From: an uncultured Verrucomicrobiota bacterium
Lineage (GTDB): Bacteria; Verrucomicrobiota; Kiritimatiellia; JAAZAB01
Direction of reading: 5' to 3'
DNA: 61,457 bases
Assembly (NCBI GenBank): GCA_964630555.1
Contig: CAZVVD010000003.1
Location: forward strand, 1-61,457
Notes under the pieces: generated by a model
Told to the model about the DNA's origin: nothing
Database searches by the model: none
Seen by the model: only the letters and a program-made list of their open reading frames with translations
Translations under genes and position numbers: made by a program
Shown: positions 48,034-55,699 of the stretch, in pieces
Numbering within the stretch: position 1 is the first letter of the stretch
How the letters are laid out: each line of letters opens with the position of its first letter

Positions 48034-48486
48034 ATGATGCCGACATCCGTTCGCGGCCTTCGTTTGCGTTCGGCGGCAGTCTGGGGCGGTCTGCCGCTGC
48101 TCGCGATCGCCATCGGCCCCGACCCATCCCGGGGCGAAAGCCGCGGGCACGCCCGGGGGGTGGTCGCCATCGGCGACATCGCCACCGGCTGGATCGCGCT
48201 CGGCGGGGTGGCGCGGAGCGGTCTGGCCATCGGCGGAGTGGCCTTCGGTCTCGTCGCCCTCGGGGGCCTTGGCCTTGGCGGCCTGGCTTTGGGCGGACTC
48301 GCCGTGGGACTGCTGGCGGCCGGCGGAGCGGCGATCGGCGGCGTCGCCTTCGGCGGCTTGGCCGTGGGCGTCTACGCCCTGGGCGGCGCCGCCTTCGGTC
48401 AGCACGTCCTTTCGGCCGTCCAGCGCAGCCCCGAGGCCGTGGAGTTTTTCAAGCACTGGCTGCCGTGGCTGCCGCTGCCGCAATGA
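48034..48486 (+). CDS. Small membrane protein made of Gly-zipper-like GG(V/L)A(F/L)GGLA repeats.
   Basis: Start at ATG 48034 (MMPTSVRG) inside ORF 47929..48486. The stretch IALGGVARSGLAIGGVAFGLVALGGLGLGGLALGGLAVGLLAAGGAAIGGVAFGGLAVGVYALGGAAFG. Coding status is less certain because of the biased composition. Confidence 0.5.
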   Translation: MMPTSVRGLRLRSAAVWGGLPLLAIAIGPDPSRGESRGHARGVVAIGDIATGWIALGGVARSGLAIGGVAFGLVALGGLGLGGLALGGLAVGLLAAGGAAIGGVAFGGLAVGVYALGGAAFGQHVLSAVQRSPEAVEFFKHWLPWLPLPQ

Positions 48487-48679
48487 CTGCCGCCGGCCGC
48501 CAAGGCCCCGGACACTTTCCGTCCGACGCTCGCCTCCGCCACCGCCAGGGCTGATCCTGCGACCGCCCGCATGGGCCGGCAGAATAGGATTGATCCGCCG
48601 CGTCATCCCGCAGACGGGACAGGGAACGCGGCAACACCCCAGGAACATCGACCGCGCCCGACACAAGGCCGGATGCCCG

Positions 48680-48719
48680 CTTACCAATTAATTTGACGAT
48701 CGTCAAATTAATTGGTAAG
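48680..48719. other. Perfect 40-bp AT-rich palindrome (cttaccaattaatttgacga|tcgtcaaattaattggtaag) between convergent genes.
   Basis: Read directly. The 20-nt arms are exact reverse complements, centred at 48699/48700 on a cgatcg core. Confidence 0.95.
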
Positions 48720-48807
48720 TCGCAAAACCGAAAGGCGGCATGACCTGCAGCCCGGCAAGGCCCCGCTCGCCGGCATCAGCGGAGGCAGCGCGTGTCCGGA
48801 AAACCGG

Positions 48808-49572
48808 TCATCGGCCACCCCGCGTTCCCCGGCCGCCGCCGCACCATGGGCAGGCGGGATTGCGCCTGACAGGCACGCAGCGGAAAGACATATCCAGGCA
48901 ATCGAACATCAGCAGGCGGTTGGTCAGCGGCGCCCCGAGCTTCAGCAGGTGCTTGATCGCCTCCGCGGCCTGGATCGTCCCGATCACCCCCGGCACGACC
49001 CCCAGCGGACCCCGGTCCCGCCCGCCGGCCGCGGGGGACAGGGCGGGAAACACGCAGCGCAGGCAGGCGCTCCGGCCCGGGTGGACGGTCAAAGTCTGCC
49101 CCCGGTAGCGGTCAATGCCGCCGTAGGAACAGGGCTTACCCAGCCGCCGGCAGACTTTCGCGATCAGCCATTTTGTCCTGGCGTTGTCGACGGCATCGAT
49201 GATGAAATCAAAATGCCGAAAAATGGCCGGCGCATTGCGGGCGGTCAGGCGCGCCGGGATGGCGTGGATCTTGACGGCCGGCTGAAGCGCCCGGAGTTTT
49301 TCGGCCGCGGAGTCCGTTTTCAAGCGTCCGATGTCCGCCGTGGCATGCAGAACCTGGCGCTGGAGGTTAGCCAACTCCACCACATCGTGGTCAACCAGCC
49401 CGAGGGTTCCGACGCCGGCGGCGGCCAGGTAGAGGGCGGCCGGCGAGCCCAGGCCGCCGGCGCCGACGACCAGGACGCGCCCGGCCAGCAGGCGCCGCTG
49501 GCCGCGCACCCCGATTTCCGGGAGCGTGACCTGGCGTTCAAACCGCCGCCGCTGTTCGCGGGTCAGCATCAT
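48808..49572 (-). CDS. ThiF/MoeB/HesA-family E1-like adenylyltransferase.
   Basis: Start set at ATG 49572 (MMLTREQRRRFERQVTLPEIG). VLVVGAGGLGSPAALYLAAAGVG nucleotide loop. CLRC and CPWC zinc-site pairs. Confidence 0.85.
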   Translation of the reverse strand: MMLTREQRRRFERQVTLPEIGVRGQRRLLAGRVLVVGAGGLGSPAALYLAAAGVGTLGLVDHDVVELANLQRQVLHATADIGRLKTDSAAEKLRALQPAVKIHAIPARLTARNAPAIFRHFDFIIDAVDNARTKWLIAKVCRRLGKPCSYGGIDRYRGQTLTVHPGRSACLRCVFPALSPAAGGRDRGPLGVVPGVIGTIQAAEAIKHLLKLGAPLTNRLLMFDCLDMSFRCVPVRRNPACPWCGGGRGTRGGR

Positions 49573-49670
49573 GCGGTGCCTTCCAATGACGGCGATGCCC
49601 ACACCCCAAAGAGATCAACCACGAAGGAACACCCGTACACACGAAACTCGGCTCATTTCCGGGACTATGG

Positions 49671-49762
49671 ACCGGGGATTTCCCGCGCAACGGCCTGCCC
49701 GCCTAGCCCGAGCCCGGCCAGGGAGCGCGCGGGCCACCTGCGATCATCCGGATTATTAAGAG
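49671..49762 (+). repeat. REP-1 intergenic repeat, copy a (accggggatttcccgcgc...cctagcccgagcccggccagggagcgcgcgggccacctg...atccggat).
   Basis: About 70 nt nearly identical to 51671-51741 (a few substitutions and a 1-nt indel), with similarity continuing about 20 nt further. A shorter copy lies at 59041-59093 and a partial one at 57952-57990. Confidence 0.85.
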
Positions 49763-49771
49763 CACATGAGT

Positions 49772-49852
49772 AACCACAAAGATCGCAAAGGACGCAAAGA
49801 AACCATCATTATAAACATTTCTTTTATGCGATCTTTGCGTTCTTTGCGGTTA
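49772..49852. repeat. Minimal MITE-like inverted repeat: AACCaCAAAGAtCGCAAAGgaCGCAAAG, a 27-nt AT-rich loop, then its inverted copy.
   Basis: The reverse complement of the right arm (49828-49852) reads aaccgcaaagaacgcaaagatcgca and aligns with the left arm. The same termini bound 46537-46764. A related pair lies at 61133-61230. Confidence 0.8.
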
Positions 49853-49905
49853 AACAATCCGGTATCAACCTGGAAGAGGGAATAATTTTCCGCAGCCACC
49901 GCCCC

Positions 49906-50487
49906 CTACCCTTTCCCGAAGAGCGACTCCTCGATGATCCCGCAGAGGATATGCGCGATCAGGATGTGGGCCTCCTGGACGCGCGGGGTTTCCGCCGAGG
50001 GCACCTGGAGGCAGAGATCGCAATGGGCTTTCAGGACCCCCCCGCCGCGACCGGTCAGGCCGATCCGGACGATCCTCCGCCGGCGGCATTCCTGGAAGGC
50101 CTTGACGATATTGGGCGAATGGCCGGAGGTTGAAATACCGATGAACACGTCGCCGGCCCGGCCCAGGGCCTGGACTTGCCGGGCGAAGATATCCCGGAAA
50201 TCAGCATCGTTGCCGATGGCGGTCAGCACGGACGTATCCGTGGAGAGGGCGATGGCGGGCAGCGGGGGGCGGTCGAAGCGGAAGCGGTTCACCATTTCGC
50301 CGGCGATATGCTGGGCGTCGGCGGCGCTGCCGCCGTTCCCGGCCAGGAGCAGCTTGTGCCCGGCGCGGAACGCGGCTACGACGCGCCCGGCCGCCGCCTG
50401 GATGTCGTCGAGAAAGGCGGGACTCTTGAGAATGGCCTGCTTGACCCGGATGGATGCGGCGATTTGTTCCTTGATGGAATTTTTCAT
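49906..50487 (-). CDS. gmhA: Phosphoheptose (sedoheptulose-7-phosphate) isomerase, SIS domain.
   Basis: 193 aa. LLAGNGGSAADAQHIAGEMVNRF ... ALSTDTSVLTAIGND ... GISTSGHSPNI. Confidence 0.85.
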   Translation of the reverse strand: MKNSIKEQIAASIRVKQAILKSPAFLDDIQAAAGRVVAAFRAGHKLLLAGNGGSAADAQHIAGEMVNRFRFDRPPLPAIALSTDTSVLTAIGNDADFRDIFARQVQALGRAGDVFIGISTSGHSPNIVKAFQECRRRRIVRIGLTGRGGGVLKAHCDLCLQVPSAETPRVQEAHILIAHILCGIIEESLFGKG

Positions 50488-50569
50488 AAGATTCCTCGCT
50501 TTCCTCAGAGATGACCAACGGCTCGTTCACGCTGTTATTTATGACGCCTCTCAAAATGAGTCCGACAGT

Positions 50570-51631
50570 TCATTTCGGGATCCTGCCGATGACGGACAAC
50601 ACTCCGCGCAGCGGGGCCGCCAGCATCCGCCGCCGGCGGGTGCCGGGCGGCAGGAGCCGGTCGACACCCCGGCAGGCGGCGCGCAGCAGGCGGTAGCCGT
50701 AGGAGGTTTGGATTTCGGCGAGCACCGCGGTTCGAACCCGCAGCTCCGCCTCGAGCGCCGCGAAGCGCGCCTGCAGTTCCTGGAGCGCCTGCGCCTGCTC
50801 CTGGAGGCGGCGGGCCTGGTCGGCGACGATCTCCTGGACATGGGGCAAGGTCTCGACCTCCTTCAGGAAGCGCAGGTTGAAATTCAGGCGCTCGGCCCCG
50901 CAGACGTACGTCTGGAAATGATCTTCCATCTCGCGGTAGCGGGCCGCGGCCTCCGCGTCGATGCCGCAGCGCCGCAGGGCCTCCGCATACGGCGCGAAGC
51001 GCTCGACCCCGAACTCGCGCCACTTCAGCTGGTAGAACTCGAACAGGGCGCGGAAGGCGACGTAACCCGCCGGCACGCTCCCGGCAAACACCCACTCGTT
51101 GTCCACCAGCACCCGGCGCTCGCCGGCGACGATCACGTTGTCGAAGATCAGGTCCACCATCGCCACGGACAGGAAGGCGCCGGGCGCCTCCGCCACCCAG
51201 GGAAAGTCGGTCCGCCCGAACACGCGCCCGATTTCCTCCTGGCCCTCCGGCGCCGGGCGAGCGGCGGTCCCGAGGGCAATCTGCAGGCGGCGGAGGTAAT
51301 CATCCAGCAGGGCCCAGAACCGGCTGCGGTCCCCCTGCCGGAAGGCCGCGAACAAAAGGGTGTCCAGGCTGGCCCCCTCGACGAAGTCATAGACCAGCGC
51401 CTCCGGCCCAGCGGCCTCCCGCAGCCCCGCGGGCTCGAAGCCGCCGGGAGCGGCGGCGGCGGCCTCCGCGAACCGGAGGTGCGCGCGCCGCACGCGTTCC
51501 AGGTGACCGCGCGCCTGCGGAGCCAGCGCGCGCTTGACCACCCGCTTCCGGCCACCCTCCCGGACGATCGAGGTGGCCACCTGGAACTCCGGCAGGCGGT
51601 GGTAGTTATATTTTGTGTACAGGACGTCCAT
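50570..51631 (-). CDS. Protein-kinase/aminoglycoside-phosphotransferase-like fold with a C-terminal coiled coil and a basic tail (WbdD kinase-half-like).
   Basis: 353 aa. VDLIFDNVIV matches the APH/ChoK catalytic loop D-x4-N. VLVDNEWV matches the metal-binding Dxx motif. The coiled coil is VQEIVADQARRLQEQAQALQELQARFAALEAELRVRTAVLAEIQ, followed by an R-rich amphipathic tail. Confidence 0.65.
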   Translation of the reverse strand: MDVLYTKYNYHRLPEFQVATSIVREGGRKRVVKRALAPQARGHLERVRRAHLRFAEAAAAAPGGFEPAGLREAAGPEALVYDFVEGASLDTLLFAAFRQGDRSRFWALLDDYLRRLQIALGTAARPAPEGQEEIGRVFGRTDFPWVAEAPGAFLSVAMVDLIFDNVIVAGERRVLVDNEWVFAGSVPAGYVAFRALFEFYQLKWREFGVERFAPYAEALRRCGIDAEAAARYREMEDHFQTYVCGAERLNFNLRFLKEVETLPHVQEIVADQARRLQEQAQALQELQARFAALEAELRVRTAVLAEIQTSYGYRLLRAACRGVDRLLPPGTRRRRMLAAPLRGVLSVIGRIPK

Positions 51632-51670
51632 GGAACCTTCGCAAATTTCTCAAAACGATCCGCCTAGCTG

Positions 51671-51763
51671 ACCGGGGATTTTCCCGCGCGAGGGCCTGCC
51701 CGCCTAGCCCGAGCCCGGCCAGGGAGCGCGCGGGCCACCTGGTTCATCCGGATGATCAAGAAA
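51671..51763 (+). repeat. REP-1 intergenic repeat, copy b, in the 216-nt spacer between the methyltransferase and kinase-like genes.
   Basis: See 49671-49762. Confidence 0.85.
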
Positions 51764-51847
51764 ACCTCAGACCCTTTTTCGGAAATCATCATGCGTGTTG
51801 TTTCGTGTGTCTCGTGGTGATCATTCCGGGTTGCGGGCCATAGCGCC

Positions 51848-52741
51848 CTATCCCCTGGCGGCCTCCACCAGGAACGCGTTGGCGAAGAGCGGGAACAATC
51901 CGCGTTCCACGACCTGGAACAGCGCCTTTGGCTCGCTGAAGAGCTGGAACCGGTCGCGGTCGTAATTCGGCGCGTTGGCGAACTTGTGGTTGGGCGCGGG
52001 CAGGCGGTCGTCGCTGAAGATCTCGGAAGGAAACTTGTAGTCGGGGTGCGGATAATGCCAGCGGCAGGCGGCGAAACCGGCTTCGGCCAGCAGGGCGGCC
52101 AGCTCGTCGCGGGCGTAGGTCACGGCGGCGGCCTCGGCGGGATAGCCCTCGATCCCCTCGAAAAATCGGCCGCTATGATCCTCCCGGGCGCCGGCGAAGT
52201 ACTTGAGGCCCAGCCGGTTTTCCACCGCCAGGAGCAGGCATCCCCCCGGCGCCAGCAGGGCGCCGGCCCGGCGCAGGAGGTCCGCCGCCGGCCGGGGCGA
52301 GTGGACGAAGCTGGGGGCGTATTCCAGAACGCCCACCAGGGTCACGCGGTCGAAGGCGGCGTCCAGGGGCATGTCCATCACGTTCCCCGCCAGCACCTCC
52401 AGGTTCGGCGCCGCCACGTGCCGGTGGAAAACGATCCGGCTGCGTTTCTCCGCGAGCTCCACGGCCGTCACCCGCGCCGCTTTTTCGCACAGCAGGCCGG
52501 TCAGCGCGCCGCAGCCGGCCCCGATTTCCAGCACTCGGGCGCCGGGCGCGAACGGGTACCACTCCAGCAAGGCGCGCCGCGCCGGCGACAGGTGGTAGAG
52601 GATCGGCCAGCGCCGGTCCCGGTCCAGGAGGGCCGGGATTTCCTCCCGGCGGCCGCGGACGATCTCCAGCAGCTCGTCCTCGACGGCCCCTTCCGAGTAG
52701 GCGTCGGGTCCGCGGTAATGTTCCAGGTTGAGGGTTGCCAT
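51848..52741 (-). CDS. Class I SAM-dependent methyltransferase (polysaccharide-locus type).
   Basis: Start at ATG 52741 (MATLNLEHYRG) inside the longer ORF 51848..53209. VLEIGAGCGALTG motif I. ENRLGLKYFAGAREDHSGRFFEGIEGY block. Confidence 0.8.
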   Translation of the reverse strand: MATLNLEHYRGPDAYSEGAVEDELLEIVRGRREEIPALLDRDRRWPILYHLSPARRALLEWYPFAPGARVLEIGAGCGALTGLLCEKAARVTAVELAEKRSRIVFHRHVAAPNLEVLAGNVMDMPLDAAFDRVTLVGVLEYAPSFVHSPRPAADLLRRAGALLAPGGCLLLAVENRLGLKYFAGAREDHSGRFFEGIEGYPAEAAAVTYARDELAALLAEAGFAACRWHYPHPDYKFPSEIFSDDRLPAPNHKFANAPNYDRDRFQLFSEPKALFQVVERGLFPLFANAFLVEAARG

Positions 52742-52746
52742 ATGCG

Positions 52747-53091
52747 TCACTCGATCAAAACGGTCGCCAGGGCGTAATCGCCGGCATGGGAGAGCGAGAG
52801 CCGGACCGCGCGGCGTCCGACGGCCCGGCCGGCGTCGCCGCGCAAGTGGAATCCGGGCGCGCCGCGCGCGTCGCGGACCACCTCGACCTCCTGCCAATTC
52901 AAGGGAACCCCGAGGGCCTTGGCCAGGGCCTCCTTGGCGCAGAAGCGCGCGGCGTAGTGCTGGGCCGGGCGACCCCGCTGGTCGCAGTAATCCCGCTCGG
53001 CCGGCGTGAACACCTTGTCCGCGAACCGCGGCGTCCGCGCCAGGGCCCGCTCGATCCGCGAAATCTGCTCGATATCCGTGCCGATCAGCAT
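52747..53091 (-). CDS. acpS: Holo-[acyl-carrier-protein] synthase (4'-phosphopantetheinyl transferase).
   Basis: Start at ATG 53091 (MLIGTDIEQISRIERAL). FTPAERDYC ... FCAKEALAKALG ... LSLSHAGDYA. The stop lies 5 nt before the methyltransferase start. Confidence 0.85.
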   Translation of the reverse strand: MLIGTDIEQISRIERALARTPRFADKVFTPAERDYCDQRGRPAQHYAARFCAKEALAKALGVPLNWQEVEVVRDARGAPGFHLRGDAGRAVGRRAVRLSLSHAGDYALATVLIE

Positions 53092-53363
53092 TTGAAGGGT
53101 TCCAGGGTTTCCCGTCGCCCGCAACGGGCAAGGGACCACTTGCCCCGCATGCGGGGCGACGTGGCAGGCCTTGCCCCGCGTTTCGCGGGGCACCGCCGCG
53201 GACGCCCATTTCCGACGTTAAAAAAGTTCATGCGGGCTTGCGCCCACAATCCAATGAAAGAAAGAATACAACCACGGAGGCACGGAGAAAACAAGAGAAG
53301 CCTCCGTGGTTAGTCCTTTTCTTGCTTCTTATCGCGGTTCACGATGGTTTACGGACCAAGGTC

Positions 53364-54653
53364 CTACGGCTTCGGGCCGGCATGCTCCTCTTTCTCGATC
53401 GTGACCGCGCTATGGAGGTCATAGAAGCCCACCATTTGCGGGCCGGAGACCACCTCGAACAGGATGACGTCGTAGAGGCGGTGGAAGACCGCCAGCTTAT
53501 CGCGCTCGAACCCGGTGCAGCCGAGGGAGAGCGCGTAGCGGCCCGACTGGATGTTGAGGGTCTGCCGGAACTCCACCAGGGCGCCCTCCCCTTCCCGGAA
53601 CGCGCCGGTATCCATCTGCTTGAAAAACGTGTTGGTGCCCGTCACCTCCAGGCCTTTCAAATCCTTCAGCGTGAAGGCGAAAATGGGCTGCTCGATCGCG
53701 GCGTGAAAACGGACCTTCATTTTGACGGTAAACGGGCACTCGTTGTGCAGAATCTGGACCGCCTGGCCGTCCTCGTCGAACAGGCCGAAATCCTCGATCA
53801 CCGCCCGGCGGTCGCCGTAGGACAGCGCGTGGGGATCCAGCGAAAACTGGTCCTTCAGCAGCGCGGCGACCGGCGTGGCGGCCGGCGCGGCCGCCGCGGC
53901 GCGCGATCCCGGAGCATCGCACTCGGCCGTCAGTTTCTTGTAGGCATCCACGGCCGCCTTGGGCGAGCCCTCCATGAGCTTCCGGCCCCGGTCGAGGACC
54001 AGGGCGCGGTCGCACTGCCGGATGACGCTGTCCAGGGCGTGGGTCACGAACAGGATCGTCTTGCCCGCTTTCCGGAAGTCGTTGAACTTGCGGAAGCATT
54101 TCGCCTGGAAGCTGAGGTCCCCCACCGCCATGGCCTCATCCACGATGAGGATGTCCGGGTCCACGTTGACGGCCACGGCGAAGGCCAGGCGCACGAACAT
54201 GCCGCTGGAATAGGTTTTCACCGGCTGGTCCAGGTACTCGCCGATATCCGCGAACGCCCGGATCGCCTCCAGGCGCGCGGCCATCTGGGCGCGGCGATAG
54301 CCCATGATCGTGCCGCTGAAGAACACGTTGTCCAGTCCGCTCAGCTCCGGGTTGAACCCGGCGCCCAGCTCCAGCAGCGCGGACGCCCGGCCCCGGACCG
54401 CCGCCTGCCCGGCGGTGGGCGTCAGGATGCCGGCCAGGATCTTGAGCAGCGTGGACTTCCCCGACCCGTTTCGCCCGATGATCCCCACGGTCTCGCCCCG
54501 GCGGACCTCGAAGCCCAGGTCGCACAGCGCGTAAAAATCCTGGTGGTACTTGCGCCGGCGCGGATCCAGGGCCTCCTTCATCCGGTCCAGGGGATGATGG
54601 TAGAGGCGGTAGACCTTGCTGAGTCCTTCGACGCTGACGGCCACATCGTTCAT
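53364..54653 (-). CDS. wzt: Wzt/TagH-type polysaccharide-export ABC ATPase with a C-terminal beta-sandwich (Wzt_C-like) glycan-binding domain.
   Basis: Start at ATG 54653 (MNDVAVSVEGLSKVYRLYHHPLDRMKEAL). GRNGSGKST Walker A. YSSGMFVRLAFA signature. ILIVDEA Walker B. A roughly 180-aa extra C-terminal domain. Confidence 0.85.
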   Translation of the reverse strand: MNDVAVSVEGLSKVYRLYHHPLDRMKEALDPRRRKYHQDFYALCDLGFEVRRGETVGIIGRNGSGKSTLLKILAGILTPTAGQAAVRGRASALLELGAGFNPELSGLDNVFFSGTIMGYRRAQMAARLEAIRAFADIGEYLDQPVKTYSSGMFVRLAFAVAVNVDPDILIVDEAMAVGDLSFQAKCFRKFNDFRKAGKTILFVTHALDSVIRQCDRALVLDRGRKLMEGSPKAAVDAYKKLTAECDAPGSRAAAAAPAATPVAALLKDQFSLDPHALSYGDRRAVIEDFGLFDEDGQAVQILHNECPFTVKMKVRFHAAIEQPIFAFTLKDLKGLEVTGTNTFFKQMDTGAFREGEGALVEFRQTLNIQSGRYALSLGCTGFERDKLAVFHRLYDVILFEVVSGPQMVGFYDLHSAVTIEKEEHAGPKP

Positions 54654-54950
54654 GGTTGACACGAGGAGAGCAGCTGATCCGAAAACCCAACCCTGCCAGC
54701 GCCGGCGACGGCCGCCGCGGAGCAACCTGCCGCGGCGTCACTGAATCCAGGTATAATGACGCCGCAAACCCAGCAGGGTTTCGTCAATTGGACTTTATCA
54801 AATTCAACCAGTTTGTCATCCAGTTTGTCGCCCGCCGTGGCCGGCCTCGGTTCTTAGCGCCTTATCCTCTCGAAACCGCTATGAATAACGAGATATTATT
54901 CATCCGGATTATAATGAGAACCTTATGAAGCGGACTGTGCCCTCAACCTA

Positions 54951-55008
54951 GGGAGGGCGCGCATGTTGCGCGCCGATTGCGGCCGGCGGCACGCCAGCCC
55001 TCCCAACC
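54951..55008 (+). repeat. REP-2 structured intergenic repeat, copy a (gggagggcgcgcatgttgcgcgccgattgcggccggcggcacgccagccctccc).
   Basis: Nested stems gggagggc/gccctccc and ggcgcgca/tgcgcgcc. Related copies at 57861-57947 and 46588-46665 share a tail (ccctcccaaaaca.acacgcaaaa..gtg.atct). Confidence 0.8.
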
Positions 55009-55144
55009 GGCCAATCCATCGTCCCTGCCGCGCAAGGCGGCAGGAGACGCAGACCAGCAGGCGGCCGGCGGCACGCCAGCCCTCCCAACCAGCCAATCCA
55101 TCGTCCCTGCCGCGCAAGGCGGCAGGAGACACAGCCCAGCATGC
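54981..55144 (+). repeat. Tandem duplication of an 82-bp unit (2 copies plus the start of a third), seeded in the 3' half of REP-2.
   Basis: ggccggcggcacgccagccctcccaacc.gccaatccatcgtccctgccgcgcaaggcggcaggagac.cag.ccagca.gc occurs at 54981 and 55063 with 4 mismatches. Each unit holds the hairpin ctgccg-cgcaag-cggcag. Confidence 0.9.
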
Positions 55145-55160
55145 GGCCGCCGCGCGCTCA

Positions 55161-55550
55161 TCAGCCGCCGCCGGGGACGCGGCGCAGTAGGCTCAGTCCC
55201 GCACCCAAGACCGCCCCGGCCAGGTTGGCCAGCGCATCCCCCCAGGAGCATTCCCGGCCGGTCCAAGGCAGGGCCGCCTGCAGCAGCTCCATGAGCAGGC
55301 CGTAGGTCCCGGCCAGCGCCGCGATCCCGGCCAGCCAGGCGGCCGCCGGGCGGCGTCCAATCCGGTCCCGCAGGGCCCAGGCCAGGACGACGGCCCAGCC
55401 CGCGTAGGCCAGGGCGTGGGCCAGTTTATCCTGGTGCGGGACGAGCGTAGGCGTCTCCGCCAGGGCGCCCGAGGGCATGACGGACACGCCCAGCAGCATG
55501 AGCGCGTAGGCCGCGACGACCAGCCGGCGTTGGACGGGAGTGCTGTTCAT
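55161..55550 (-). CDS. VanZ-like membrane protein.
   Basis: 129 aa, 4 TM. HQDKLAHALAYAG and WGDALANLAGAVLG motifs. Confidence 0.7.
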   Translation of the reverse strand: MNSTPVQRRLVVAAYALMLLGVSVMPSGALAETPTLVPHQDKLAHALAYAGWAVVLAWALRDRIGRRPAAAWLAGIAALAGTYGLLMELLQAALPWTGRECSWGDALANLAGAVLGAGLSLLRRVPGGG

Positions 55551-55699
55551 CTAAAAAGAAGCGTTCGGACAGGGGAGTTCCGCGCTTTCAGCGTGGTTAC
55601 GAGGCGCGGAAATTTCCGGTACCTGCCGGACAAGCCGGCAGGGAAGCCCCGAATAATTCCGACCGGTTACCGGAGTCCGACGGTTCCGATTCACACGCC

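Noticed and set aside
49934-51667. A 577-aa plus-strand ORF spanning gmhA and the kinase-like gene. There are similar long antisense ORFs at 53238..54659, 55883..57580, 15725..16972, 22159..23289, 23413..24783, 25363..26487, 26764..28080, 12653..13690, 10420..11727, 36017..37273, 38567..39514, 44510..45424 and 46781..47689.
   Set aside because: Each lies opposite a gene with clear family motifs (GmhA, Wzt, CapD, GDPD, OMF, RND, MFP, SGNH and so on). They show the Arg/Gly/Pro/Ala-heavy composition of non-coding frames in high-G+C DNA.
54943-55294. Several 60-107-aa ORFs on both strands (54943..55266, 54977..55294 and others).
   Set aside because: They are translations of the REP-2 copy and the 82-bp tandem units, and their repeated peptide text mirrors the DNA repeat.
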